Shown here: positions 16,477-25,485 of the stretch, piece after piece
How positions within the stretch are numbered: the first letter of the stretch is position 1
Layout of the letters: the number at the start of each line of letters is the position of its first letter
Virus record (IMG/VR): IMGVR_UViG_3300009406_000093
Coordinates: 1-50,092 of that record
Origin: a virus
Lineage: Duplodnaviria; Caudoviricetes
Length of the DNA: 50,092 nt
Strand: one strand, 5' to 3'
Position numbers and translations under genes: made by a program
Notes under the pieces: generated by a model
Databases searched by the model: none
Seen by the model: only the letters and a program-made list of their open reading frames with translations
Told to the model about the DNA's origin: nothing

Positions 16477-17296
16477 GCCTGACCCTATCCCGTGTGAAGC
16501 GTGTGGGTTGGACAAGCCGCAATCACAGATTGAGCATCCTTTCAAAGAAGTAATGACATGGGTGCATTGTGCGTGTCCTTGTGTGGTAGCCAAGAACAAA
16601 AATTTTTGGGATGACCAAAAGAACGCGGAAAAGCGAATCAAGATTAATCGTGCGCTCAAATTAAGTAGCGCGATGGATGACATCAAATCAATGACTTTTG
16701 AAAACTACAAGATACGACCTGGAACTGAATCGGCTCACAAAGAAATTCGTTCTGCAGTTGATAAATTCGATGCGCGAGGAAGATTAGGCGTTTTCATCTT
16801 TGGCGAAACAGGTAACGGGAAAAGCCATATCACTGCTGCTGGTGGCAATGAACTAATTGAAAAAGGTTATTCGGTCATCTTCATAGCAGAAAAAGACTTG
16901 CTTAGTAGATTGCAAGCGACTCGGAATTTCAATAACAAAGAATCGTTCGGTGAAATCATGAACGCTTGCCTAGATGCGGATCTTCTAATATGGGATGACT
17001 TCATGAGTAGTCAGAGATTGTCACTTGATGAAAAAGACTGGATATTCCAAATTGTGAACGGTCGGGAAAGAGCGAATAAGCCAATTTGGTACACATCGAA
17101 TATTACAACAGCTGAATTCGAAAGTGATTTAACGCCTTACAAGTTGGATGACAAGGGTCGTACGTGGTGGCGCATCTTAGGAAACTCGGAATGTATATAC
17201 AATCAAGCGACGAATCACAGAAAGGCTTATGCAATGTCCAGAGCGATGGGCATTAGTGTTGAAGAATATGAAAACGGGAGGAATGGAAATGCCTGA
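16418..17296 (+). CDS. DnaC/IstB-like helicase loader
   Basis: GETGNGKS, LLIWDD; N-terminal CxxC..CxC. Confidence 0.9.
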   Translation: MKNVMERILANSGMSNSLDKPDPIPCEACGLDKPQSQIEHPFKEVMTWVHCACPCVVAKNKNFWDDQKNAEKRIKINRALKLSSAMDDIKSMTFENYKIRPGTESAHKEIRSAVDKFDARGRLGVFIFGETGNGKSHITAAGGNELIEKGYSVIFIAEKDLLSRLQATRNFNNKESFGEIMNACLDADLLIWDDFMSSQRLSLDEKDWIFQIVNGRERANKPIWYTSNITTAEFESDLTPYKLDDKGRTWWRILGNSECIYNQATNHRKAYAMSRAMGISVEEYENGRNGNA

Positions 17297-17441
17297 ATGG
17301 ATCCCCGGCAAAGGTTTTTGGTTGGTGCAAGCAACAAATCATCCTTTGCAATCAGAATTAAAGCGTGAAATGGACGAACTTGAACAACGAATACAGGAGG
17401 CTGAACGGTATTGGGCAGCTAAAAAGGCGTATGCGGTATGA
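17289..17441 (+). CDS. Hypothetical protein
   Basis: SD GGGAGG; coupled to neighbours. Confidence 0.55.
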   Translation: MPEWIPGKGFWLVQATNHPLQSELKREMDELEQRIQEAERYWAAKKAYAV

Positions 17442-17635
17442 GTGCTAGAAAATGCAAAGTCTGCAACAAACCTATGACTGACGGTTTTGTCGAGGAGGAA
17501 ACAGGACGTCTCTGGTGCGATGAAGTTTGTTTACGGACAGATTTTACTGCATTGGAACAAAAACAGGCATACAGCGATGAGGGCGGCGGACTTTATTGGA
17601 CTGAATGGTATGACGAATTGGGGGTGGCGGAATGA
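17438..17635 (+). CDS. Small Cys-rich protein
   Basis: CKVC..CDEVC..YWTEW. Confidence 0.7.
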   Translation: MSARKCKVCNKPMTDGFVEEETGRLWCDEVCLRTDFTALEQKQAYSDEGGGLYWTEWYDELGVAE

Positions 17636-17991
17636 GGGAAATAAAGTTTCGTTTCTTTAGAAAGAACAAAAAGGAAATGTTTTATGGCTTTCCAGGGTGT
17701 CGAATGGATTACGTATTAGGTATGTGGGAAAAAGAGTTGCGAGTTTCTAAGCCAATGCAATACACAGGGCTTAAAGACAAGAACGGCATTGAGGTTTACG
17801 AAGGTGACTATGCAAGACGGACTTACGAAAGTGGAACTACATTTGTTGGTGAAATCGTTTTTGAAGAAGGAACTTATTTTTTAAGAAGCGATGAAGAATA
17901 TTCATTTCTAGCAAGTCAGTACAGGGGTGAAGTTTTAGAGGTTATCGGCAACAAATACGCAAATCCCGAATTACTGGAGGCGGCAGAATGA
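17632..17991 (+). CDS. YopX-family protein
   Basis: [38 protein letters not shown]. Confidence 0.9.
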   Translation: MREIKFRFFRKNKKEMFYGFPGCRMDYVLGMWEKELRVSKPMQYTGLKDKNGIEVYEGDYARRTYESGTTFVGEIVFEEGTYFLRSDEEYSFLASQYRGEVLEVIGNKYANPELLEAAE

Positions 17992-18500
17992 TTAACAGAG
18001 TTGTATTGGTTGGACGTTTAACAAAGGATCCTGAACTAAAATACACGCAAACTGGCATCGCTGTTACACGCTTCACTCTCGCGGTCAACAGAGCATTCTC
18101 AAATCAAGAAGGTAAACGTGAAGCGGATTTCGTTAACTGTGTAACTTGGAGAAAACAGGCTGAGAACACAGCGAACTACCTTAAGAAAGGTAGCTTGGCA
18201 GGTATTGAGGGACGTATCCAAACTTCAAGTTTTGAGGGCAAGGACGGAAAAATGGTTTTCATGACAGAAGTTGTCGCGGATTCAGTTCAATTTTTGGAGC
18301 CGAAAAGCAGTAACACAAATAACGACTCTAGCAATCAATCTAAGCCTCCTATTCAGTCAAAGCATACGAATACACCAAATCAACAACAGAACGCTCAGAA
18401 TCGACAGGAAACAACACCACAAACGACAAACAGAGGGGATGACCCGTTTAATGCGAACAACAGTAATTTTGATGTAAATGATGACGATTTGCCGTTTTAG
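17988..18500 (+). CDS. ssb: Single-stranded DNA-binding protein
   Basis: [17 protein letters not shown]...DDDLPF. Confidence 0.97.
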   Translation: MINRVVLVGRLTKDPELKYTQTGIAVTRFTLAVNRAFSNQEGKREADFVNCVTWRKQAENTANYLKKGSLAGIEGRIQTSSFEGKDGKMVFMTEVVADSVQFLEPKSSNTNNDSSNQSKPPIQSKHTNTPNQQQNAQNRQETTPQTTNRGDDPFNANNSNFDVNDDDLPF

Positions 18501-18527
18501 CTATGAGATTTAATAAGGGGGTGGTAG

Positions 18528-18986
18528 TTGGTGAAGCGGATTTTAGATGCATGCTGCGGCAGCCGAATGTTTTGGTTTGATAAAGAAAACGAGAATACCT
18601 TGTTTATGGATAATCGCGAAATCGATGACACCTTATGTGACGGCAGAAAACTAGAAGTAAAACCGGACATAGTAGCGGACTTCAGGGATATGCCTTTCGA
18701 TGATAATTCATTTTATTTAGTTGTTTTCGATCCACCACATTTAATTAACGCAGGTGATGAATCATGGTTGGCCAAGAAGTATGGAAAATTGGACGAGTTG
18801 TGGACGATTGATATTAAACAAGGATTTGACGAATGTATGCGAGTTCTTAAACCGAATGGGACGTTGATATTCAAGTGGAATGAAGATCAAATATCGTTAC
18901 AAGAAATTCTTGATGTGATAGATGTGCAGCCGTTGTTTGGGAATCGTAGAGCGAAAACGCATTGGTTAACATTCATGAAAGATTAG
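18528..18986 (+). CDS. SAM-dependent methyltransferase (amino-MTase-like)
   Basis: ILDACCGSRMFW, FDPPH. Confidence 0.85.
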   Translation: MVKRILDACCGSRMFWFDKENENTLFMDNREIDDTLCDGRKLEVKPDIVADFRDMPFDDNSFYLVVFDPPHLINAGDESWLAKKYGKLDELWTIDIKQGFDECMRVLKPNGTLIFKWNEDQISLQEILDVIDVQPLFGNRRAKTHWLTFMKD

Positions 18987-19016
18987 TCTATGAAACTTTG
19001 AAAGTGAGGGGTCAAA

Positions 19017-19529
19017 GTGGAAAAAAGATACGACTATATTACACCAGATGATTATGCAACAGCAGAAAAAAACGGTATATCAGTCGATGTATTGAATCAA
19101 CGCGTAAGAACCTACCTGTGGGATGTAGATAGAGCGATTACAACGCCTAAAAAGAAATTAAAGTGCTTCAAGAAAACGTGGGCGAAATGGAGAGAAATCG
19201 CTACAGAAAACGGAATTGACCGAGAGATTTTCACGAATCGGGTTCGTTCACTTGCTTGGAGCGAAGAGGAAGCTGCGACTACTAAAAAGGGAGTCAGGTC
19301 TCGGGGCAAATGGACGGAAGAGGAATTAGAAATAGCAAGGAACAACGGTGTTGACCACAATCATATGAGTGTCGTTAATATGCGGATTAGTAAGCTTGGA
19401 TGGACAAAAGAAGAAGCGCTGAACACTCCTAAATTAACGGAAATCGAACGGCAGAAACGGGTTGCTGCAGGAACAAAAAAATACCACAAGGAACGGGGCG
19501 TAAATCGTGAATTTAACGAAATTGTATGA
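19017..19529 (+). CDS. Phage protein with repeated AxxNGI..R....W...A.T units
   Basis: Three internal repeats typical of small phage DNA-binding proteins. Confidence 0.75.
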   Translation: MEKRYDYITPDDYATAEKNGISVDVLNQRVRTYLWDVDRAITTPKKKLKCFKKTWAKWREIATENGIDREIFTNRVRSLAWSEEEAATTKKGVRSRGKWTEEELEIARNNGVDHNHMSVVNMRISKLGWTKEEALNTPKLTEIERQKRVAAGTKKYHKERGVNREFNEIV

Positions 19530-20094
19530 AACGCAGAAGACGCTGGATGAACGAATCATAAAGGAGAAAGGACTAGAGGGGCAAGATCTATTACCTGAGA
19601 AGATTCTTGCGTTACTAACGGAATTAGGTGAACTATCGAATGAATGGCGTGGCTTTAAGTTTTGGAGTATTGACCGCAATCCGAGGCTTCAATACTTCGA
19701 AGATTATGAATTGCCGCTTGCGGAAGTCTGCGGATTAGAACAGTCGTATCCACTCCTAGAAGAGTTCGTTGACTGCATTCATTTCTTTATCAGCATCGCA
19801 CTCGAATTAGAAATTGATCCAGAAGACTTTGTCGTCACTTGCGACTATACGCAATCAACGACCACGAAAACGTTTAATAGGGTTTTCAGCACTGTATCTA
19901 GTCTCGATATTTTGATGGATGAAAGCAGAGTGGAGATGTTTACCGCGGAAGACATTCAACAGACATTGCACGAAGCGTTTAGTTGTTTTGTCGGTCTTGG
20001 AGAGAAGTTTCTATGCTTTACGTGGGAGCAAGTAGAAACTGCTTATTTTGCGAAAAATGCAATCAATCACACCAGGCAAGACATGGGTTATTAA
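19507..20094 (+). CDS. dut: Dimeric dUTPase
   Basis: ELGELSNEWRGFKFWS, EEFVDCIHF, KNAINHTRQ. Confidence 0.9.
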   Translation: MNLTKLYETQKTLDERIIKEKGLEGQDLLPEKILALLTELGELSNEWRGFKFWSIDRNPRLQYFEDYELPLAEVCGLEQSYPLLEEFVDCIHFFISIALELEIDPEDFVVTCDYTQSTTTKTFNRVFSTVSSLDILMDESRVEMFTAEDIQQTLHEAFSCFVGLGEKFLCFTWEQVETAYFAKNAINHTRQDMGY

Positions 20095-20298
20095 ATGATT
20101 ACCACAATGTTTAGACGAGTCGGCAATGATCGGATTTACATTCACGGGCATTTAAACAACGAAGAAATGGCTGCCTATCAATTGGATGGGTGGAGCATGA
20201 GAGTTCCGCGTAAAGCGTATAAATCGAAGCATAAAAAACCAAGTAATATACAGCAAAATAAACACGGTATTCCAGTTTCGACGAAAGGGGCGAGTTGA
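20095..20298 (+). CDS. Hypothetical protein
   Basis: Directly follows the dUTPase stop. Confidence 0.5.
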   Translation: MITTMFRRVGNDRIYIHGHLNNEEMAAYQLDGWSMRVPRKAYKSKHKKPSNIQQNKHGIPVSTKGAS

Positions 20299-20423
20299 AG
20301 TGAAGCCAGAAAAGATTTGTATCGAGTGCAAGAACGGTTTGGCAAGGCATTGGGGTAATAATTTCTGTCGCTCATGCCTTGGTAAGTTGCTTAACGATCA
20401 TTTACTCGAGGAGGACAAGCGGC

Positions 20424-20585
20424 ATGAAATACAAAAGGTGCAGCAAGCCACTTAAAACGGCGAAAAGTATTGAGGTCGGACTTGGTCCCGTCTGTAAGAA
20501 AAAACAGGATGCAGCTGATGCGGAATTTGCAAAGCTACAGATTACGATTGACGAGGAATTGGAGTACCAGGAGGCGACGGGGTGA
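20424..20585 (+). CDS. DUF6011-like small protein
   Basis: RCSKPLKTAKSIEVGLGPVC; SD GAGGAGG. Confidence 0.65.
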   Translation: MKYKRCSKPLKTAKSIEVGLGPVCKKKQDAADAEFAKLQITIDEELEYQEATG

Positions 20586-21082
20586 GAAATCCACAGCGAA
20601 TTCAACGGACTTCCAGACGAGCTAAAGCACCGAAGCAACCAAAAAAAGCCCGTCAATACAACTCGAAAAAAATCACGTACAAGGATATCGAATTTGATTC
20701 TCAAACTGAATTTTTATATTACAAGCATTTGAAAAAAGATCCGGCGGTTAAAGAAATTGAATTGCAACCCGTCTACCAAATTATCGATAGTTACGAGGTC
20801 GCTTGTAAACGTTGCAGTGGGACAGGCAAGCGTCCGAGTCCTAAAACGGGTAATCCTATCAATTGTTCTTTGTGCAACGGGAAATGTAAGCGAGTGAAGC
20901 CGGGCGCTAAGTATACGGCGGATTTCAAAGTTACGTATATTGACGGATTCCAAGAAGTGATTGATATCAAAGGGGGTCCTGTTACGAGGGACTTTCCTTT
21001 GCGGCAAAAACTGTTTGAGTTAAAAACGGGGATGGAATTAATTGTTGTGCGGTTGAAAAATAAGGAGTGGGTGAGGGAGTGA
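20582..21082 (+). CDS. DUF1064-like PD-(D/E)XK nuclease with inserted CxxCxGxG zinc finger
   Basis: FDSQTE, LQP, YTADF, DIKG; CKRCSGTG and CSLCNGK. Confidence 0.8.
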   Translation: MRNPQRIQRTSRRAKAPKQPKKARQYNSKKITYKDIEFDSQTEFLYYKHLKKDPAVKEIELQPVYQIIDSYEVACKRCSGTGKRPSPKTGNPINCSLCNGKCKRVKPGAKYTADFKVTYIDGFQEVIDIKGGPVTRDFPLRQKLFELKTGMELIVVRLKNKEWVRE

Positions 21083-21384
21083 ATCAACTTGAACTAGGTT
21101 TGCAATTTAAAGCGGCAGAACTGCCCGACGAACTTATCAAAACCCTTCAAGACCTTTACGACAAAGGCTATCGGTATGTGGAGCAAGATAATGGTATTGA
21201 GGCGGTATGTTGTTTTTCGCTTAAACCTAAAAAGTACAACGACACTGAGTCTTGGGGATACATCAATCCAGATGTACCAGGTGTATTACCTGCTTACCCA
21301 ATACGTAAAGCGAAGATACCAAATATTAAATGGAGCAACAGATCAGCAACGTTGATTGAGAGTTATCTAGGGGTGAAAGAATGA
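21079..21384 (+). CDS. Hypothetical protein
   Basis: GTGA overlap with the upstream gene. Confidence 0.65.
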   Translation: MNQLELGLQFKAAELPDELIKTLQDLYDKGYRYVEQDNGIEAVCCFSLKPKKYNDTESWGYINPDVPGVLPAYPIRKAKIPNIKWSNRSATLIESYLGVKE

Positions 21385-21510
21385 CGGTTATCACAACATT
21401 TGAAGGGTTAATTTTCATTGCAACAGCAATTACTATCGCTGCGCTATCTTATATGTTTGGTAGATGTGATGGGCGTAGGCAGTGACGCAGTAGACACAAA
21501 ATGCGAAGGA

Positions 21511-21702
21511 GTGATTAAGATTAACAAAAAGTACGGCTATGGTTTATTCATACTAAATGAAGAGAAGACGAAACTTGAAAATATGATTGAACTTAGGCTT
21601 GATAACGGCGGAAAAGATACGAACAATTCGTTTATACGCATGTACAAAGAACAAATCACGAGTCTGAACTACGCTATTGAAGAATTAGAGGATAAGGACT
21701 AA
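21511..21702 (+). CDS. Hypothetical protein flanked by direct repeats
   Basis: 3' part of ORF-track 21418-21702; AAGGAG just upstream, exact start uncertain. Confidence 0.5.
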   Translation: MIKINKKYGYGLFILNEEKTKLENMIELRLDNGGKDTNNSFIRMYKEQITSLNYAIEELEDKD

Positions 21703-21747
21703 TACGCAGTACGAACAAAAGACGAAGTAGAGAGCCGTGGGAGCGGC

Positions 21748-21951
21748 TCAATTCCATTTTTTAAATTCTTCAGGAAAAGTTCCGAACAATGAGCGGATTG
21801 TGCGAATCATACCAGCTTCTTGTGGAGTTCTTAGATTACCGCCTAAACAACGTAGAACAATACTTTTCTTGCAACCTAAAATATCTGCTACCTGTTGTGC
21901 GGAATACTTTTCATCATGGTAAAGGCGATGAATATCTTTTGTGGAAAACAT
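21748..21951 (-). CDS. Small HTH moron protein
   Basis: SD GGAGGTGA; YSAQQVADILGCKKSIV; opposite to the operon. Confidence 0.7.
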   Translation of the reverse strand: MFSTKDIHRLYHDEKYSAQQVADILGCKKSIVLRCLGGNLRTPQEAGMIRTIRSLFGTFPEEFKKWN

Positions 21952-22048
21952 TTGAATCACCTCCTTGAAATCAGAATACAACAAAATACTCTGACAGGGA
22001 AGAGTGGAGATAAATAGTGGCGAACGAGTTAAGGGGAGTGTTAAAAAC

Positions 22049-22255
22049 ATGACAGCAATGGAACAAATTAATAGATTGGCAAACCAGTTACCGCTGGTGG
22101 TCTTGCAAGATATTTATAAACGTACGACAGATTGGTTAGCGAGTGGTGGAGATGCGGACGATCCGTATATTCATCAACAATTGAGGTTTGCAGAGAACGT
22201 TATAAGGAGTGGAGGACGTGATCCAGAAGAAAGAAGAAAAACGAATCCTTCTTGA
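22049..22255 (+). CDS. Conserved small phage protein
   Basis: DWLASGG..DPYIHQQLRFAE. Confidence 0.7.
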   Translation: MTAMEQINRLANQLPLVVLQDIYKRTTDWLASGGDADDPYIHQQLRFAENVIRSGGRDPEERRKTNPS

Positions 22256-22442
22256 CAATATCGAAATCGATTGGGAATTTACAGAACGAGAAACGTTGGT
22301 ATTTCAAATGATGTGGCGAGGCAGAGAAAATATTGAAACAATCGCCAAGAAATTGAAGCGTCCGATGTTGGAAATCGGGTTGCTCATCATCGAACAGGCA
22401 GAGCTTGGGAATATCGAACAGCGTAGGCATGGGTTGTTCTAG
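22209..22442 (+). CDS. Small HTH-like phage protein
   Basis: MWRGRENIETIAKKLKRP..EIGLLIIEQA. Confidence 0.7.
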   Translation: MEDVIQKKEEKRILLDNIEIDWEFTERETLVFQMMWRGRENIETIAKKLKRPMLEIGLLIIEQAELGNIEQRRHGLF

Positions 22443-22457
22443 AATGGGGGCGGGAAA

Positions 22458-22676
22458 GTGAGAGAGGAAACTTGTTGGACTTGCGGTCACTGGATGTTCG
22501 GTGGAATTGGTTGCACCAAAAATGGAATGGATAAGCGAGTCATAACGGATCACGATTACACTTGTAAGGATTGGTTGCCGGAGGGAACGAAGGGTACTAT
22601 AACGGGCTTTAGCGAAGGTGACGGTACTGCATGGTCAGAAAACGAATATTTGAAGGACGATGAATCAAATTTATGA
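22458..22676 (+). CDS. Small Cys-rich protein
   Basis: CWTCGH..C..CKDW. Confidence 0.6.
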   Translation: MREETCWTCGHWMFGGIGCTKNGMDKRVITDHDYTCKDWLPEGTKGTITGFSEGDGTAWSENEYLKDDESNL

Positions 22677-22748
22677 ATGCTGACAAATAAAAAAGACAGG
22701 AGTCCTCCCGTCATGGCTGACATTATTATAACACAAGGAGGGGTCCTG

Positions 22749-22946
22749 GTGAATAAAGGTATTACTTTTAATACGGATGCATTATTGTTAGGGATTGGTA
22801 TAATAGAGTTACCAATGAACTGTGTAGTAGTTATTTCGGAGGGTATTGCGAAAGTGAGAGAACTTCCTGAACACGGTGAGTATCGGATTGTTACGCATCA
22901 AGGGAAGATTAAGCGGATGCGGAGGGAAGAAGGTGAGGAATTTTGA
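22749..22946 (+). CDS. XtrA/YqaO-like protein
   Basis: LPEHGEYRIVTHQGKIKR..EGEEF. Confidence 0.75.
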   Translation: MNKGITFNTDALLLGIGIIELPMNCVVVISEGIAKVRELPEHGEYRIVTHQGKIKRMRREEGEEF

Positions 22947-23461
22947 GTGACGTTTGGATTGGTGCCATTTCTGTCTTGGTAGGTACTGTCGTCGGGGCTG
23001 GAATTAATGCATTACCTAAATATTTAGAGGTTAAAGGCGGTCAGCGTAAATTGAAAGTGAATGAAAGTGAGAAGTTTACAAGATATGCCCTAAGTGATTT
23101 CATACCAGAATGCGAACTTGGACTTGTTAGTCTATTCCATTTAGAGAGAATAAAGAATGGGGATCCTGAACCCGGACTATACTCAGCGCTGATAGATATA
23201 TCTAAGAATAAATTAGTTGATTTACGCGCTCATTTAGATCAGATGAAACCGTTAATACCTTTAGCTATTATATATGAATACGACAGATTACATGGGTGGG
23301 TTACTGACATAGAAGCGCTGATAAATTACTATGATCCTGATGACCCTAATGATTTTTTAGTAGTCTCCATATATAAAATATCAACACCAAGTGAGCTACG
23401 TTTGAGTGTTAGGAATGATATAGATAGGTTTAAGAAAGAAGTTGTTAAAAAATATACTTAG
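22943..23461 (+). CDS. AT-rich accessory protein with N-terminal TM segment
   Basis: Hydrophobic N-terminus; inserted before the late regulator. Confidence 0.7.
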   Translation: MSDVWIGAISVLVGTVVGAGINALPKYLEVKGGQRKLKVNESEKFTRYALSDFIPECELGLVSLFHLERIKNGDPEPGLYSALIDISKNKLVDLRAHLDQMKPLIPLAIIYEYDRLHGWVTDIEALINYYDPDDPNDFLVVSIYKISTPSELRLSVRNDIDRFKKEVVKKYT

Positions 23462-23558
23462 TCCCCCTGGCCAACCAGAGGACAACGATGACTACAGCAT
23501 TCCGCTGTGTCATTTGTTGTCCTCTTTTTGTATTTCAAAAATGAAAGGAGTGATTAGC

Positions 23559-24056
23559 ATGTTGAATTGGGCGGATCGGTTAATTCATGAATATACGGGT
23601 GGGCGACAGGAATTAAGGAAACGTGCGGATCAAATCGACAGGGATAACCCGATTGCGATGCAGGATTTGAAGCAGATTAACAGCATGATTGAGAGCATGA
23701 CGTTTTCGCTCGATTGGATGACGACAGGAATACAACCAGGTACGTTTCGCGGGGTGGATGAAAAGGCGGTTTATCAGCGTAGGTCGTATGAAAACATTGA
23801 TTTAATTCCAGATATTGCGGAGCAGCTTGAAAACGAAGAAGAAAAGCAGTTGTATATGATCAAAGAAGAGAAAATCATTCTTGCGGATATTCTTGTTTCC
23901 TTTTCGTTACGAGAACGACAGTGTTATATATTGCATGTTGCGCAAGGTATGAGTTGGTCAAAAATAGCTGACGAATTAGGGGTAAGTAAGAGCATGGTTC
24001 AGCAGTCTATTTGTCGAGCTAGGAAGAAAATTGACGAAAGAATTAAAGTTTCATGA
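23559..24056 (+). CDS. Sigma-70 region 4 late-transcription regulator (Xpf-like)
   Basis: SLRERQCYIL..GMSWSKIADELGVSKSMVQQSICRARKKI; just before the terminase. Confidence 0.85.
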   Translation: MLNWADRLIHEYTGGRQELRKRADQIDRDNPIAMQDLKQINSMIESMTFSLDWMTTGIQPGTFRGVDEKAVYQRRSYENIDLIPDIAEQLENEEEKQLYMIKEEKIILADILVSFSLRERQCYILHVAQGMSWSKIADELGVSKSMVQQSICRARKKIDERIKVS

Positions 24057-24167
24057 TATGCGGATGATGTGCGAAGTCTGTAAAGATAAGGGGAACCATT
24101 AAAGGAGGGGTGCGTTCGAACGACAGAACCACTCCTACAAGCCCCATACATAACGAGTGATATTTAA

Positions 24168-24192
24168 AGGATTTACAACTTCTTTGGCGAAT
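24168..24192 (+). promoter_or_regulatory. SigH-like promoter of a moron
   Basis: AGGATTT-11-GGCGAAT. Confidence 0.5.
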
Positions 24193-24218
24193 ATTTCCTT
24201 ATACAAGGAGGTGTAACA

Positions 24219-24542
24219 ATGAGTATTAAATTGTTAACGAAGGATAACGACAAACTGATGGAGATTTTAAAGGAGTATTCACCGTCGAAAGCAAAGTTCT
24301 ATGAAAGTCGATACGAAAGTGAAGTAGTGGGTAATATAACAAGGACGCTAGCTATCGTCGAACACTTACTAACACCTTATTACGTTGAGGAAATTAACAA
24401 GAAAATTATTGATGAATACCTAGCTGACCTTAAAGGCATCTATGAACACGGTTACGGTATGTACAGTTTTGCGAGCGTATATACCCCGAAGATAGATGAA
24501 CTCGACGACCTGCTAAAAGATTTTACCAAAAGTAATATGTGA
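24219..24542 (+). CDS. Moron, hypothetical protein
   Basis: Own promoter, SD AAGGAGGTG and downstream terminator. Confidence 0.75.
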   Translation: MSIKLLTKDNDKLMEILKEYSPSKAKFYESRYESEVVGNITRTLAIVEHLLTPYYVEEINKKIIDEYLADLKGIYEHGYGMYSFASVYTPKIDELDDLLKDFTKSNM

Positions 24543-24550
24543 TGATTCTT

Positions 24551-24579
24551 AGGCGCTCATGATAAATGGGTGCTTTTTC
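24551..24579 (+). terminator. Intrinsic terminator
   Basis: AGGCGCTCAT-loop-ATGGGTGCTT followed by T-rich tract. Confidence 0.65.
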
Positions 24580-24618
24580 TATACCTAAAAATAAAAGGGG
24601 TTGAGTAGGTGATGTGAT

Positions 24619-25485
24619 GTGCCGAATTGGGAAGAGATACGTAACGAATGGGAAACAACAAAGATAACCTTCAAGGCATTGGCTGAAAAGTACGGTGTAA
24701 AAGAAGGTACGTTAAAGAGTCGCAGAAGTCGTGAAAAATGGACTAGAAATAAAGATGCAACTAAAAAGCAAAAGGATGCAACTATTAAAAAGGTTGCAAC
24801 CCTTAAAGAAGTCTTTGTAGAGTCGGATGAATTAACCGATAAGCAGAGGCTTTTTTGTATTTACTACATTAAGTACTTCAATGCTACTAAGGCTTATCAG
24901 AAGGCTTATGGATGTGACTACATGACAGCGCAGTCTATAGCTTACAGGCTGATGGGGAATGATGGAGTGAAAGCGGAAATCCAAAGGTTGAAAACGCAAC
25001 GGTTGAATGAAGCTTATTTCGATAAATATGATGTGCTTCAAAAATATAAAGACATTGCTTTTGCGGATATGACGGACTTTGCCGGGTTTGGTTCAGAGGA
25101 AGTCGTTGCCAGGAATGAGTTTGGCGATGTAATAACGGATGATGACGGAAAAGAAGTCACCTACACCCATAACTTTGTGAACTTCAAAAATGCTGATGAA
25201 GTAGATGGGACCATCATTACTGAAGTTAAAAAGGGTAAGGACGGTATCTCGGTAAAGCTTGCTGACAAGATGAAAGCAATGGAAATGTTAGCGAAGTTTA
25301 CCGACCTTCTATCTGACACTGATAAAGAAAGATTGCAAAACGAAAAATTGAAAGCAGATACCGAATTTTCTCAACAACGTGCCGATAAGTTGAAAGGCAC
25401 TAAAAAGGATACTGGTTTACTCGATGCGCTTGTTTCAGGGCGTGAACAATATCAGCAAATGAAAGCGCGTGAGAAGGATGAGTAA
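24619..25485 (+). CDS. terS: Terminase small subunit
   Basis: N-terminal HTH; LTDKQRLFCIYY..FNATKAY..AY; DKMKAMEML. Confidence 0.92.
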   Translation: MPNWEEIRNEWETTKITFKALAEKYGVKEGTLKSRRSREKWTRNKDATKKQKDATIKKVATLKEVFVESDELTDKQRLFCIYYIKYFNATKAYQKAYGCDYMTAQSIAYRLMGNDGVKAEIQRLKTQRLNEAYFDKYDVLQKYKDIAFADMTDFAGFGSEEVVARNEFGDVITDDDGKEVTYTHNFVNFKNADEVDGTIITEVKKGKDGISVKLADKMKAMEMLAKFTDLLSDTDKERLQNEKLKADTEFSQQRADKLKGTKKDTGLLDALVSGREQYQQMKAREKDE

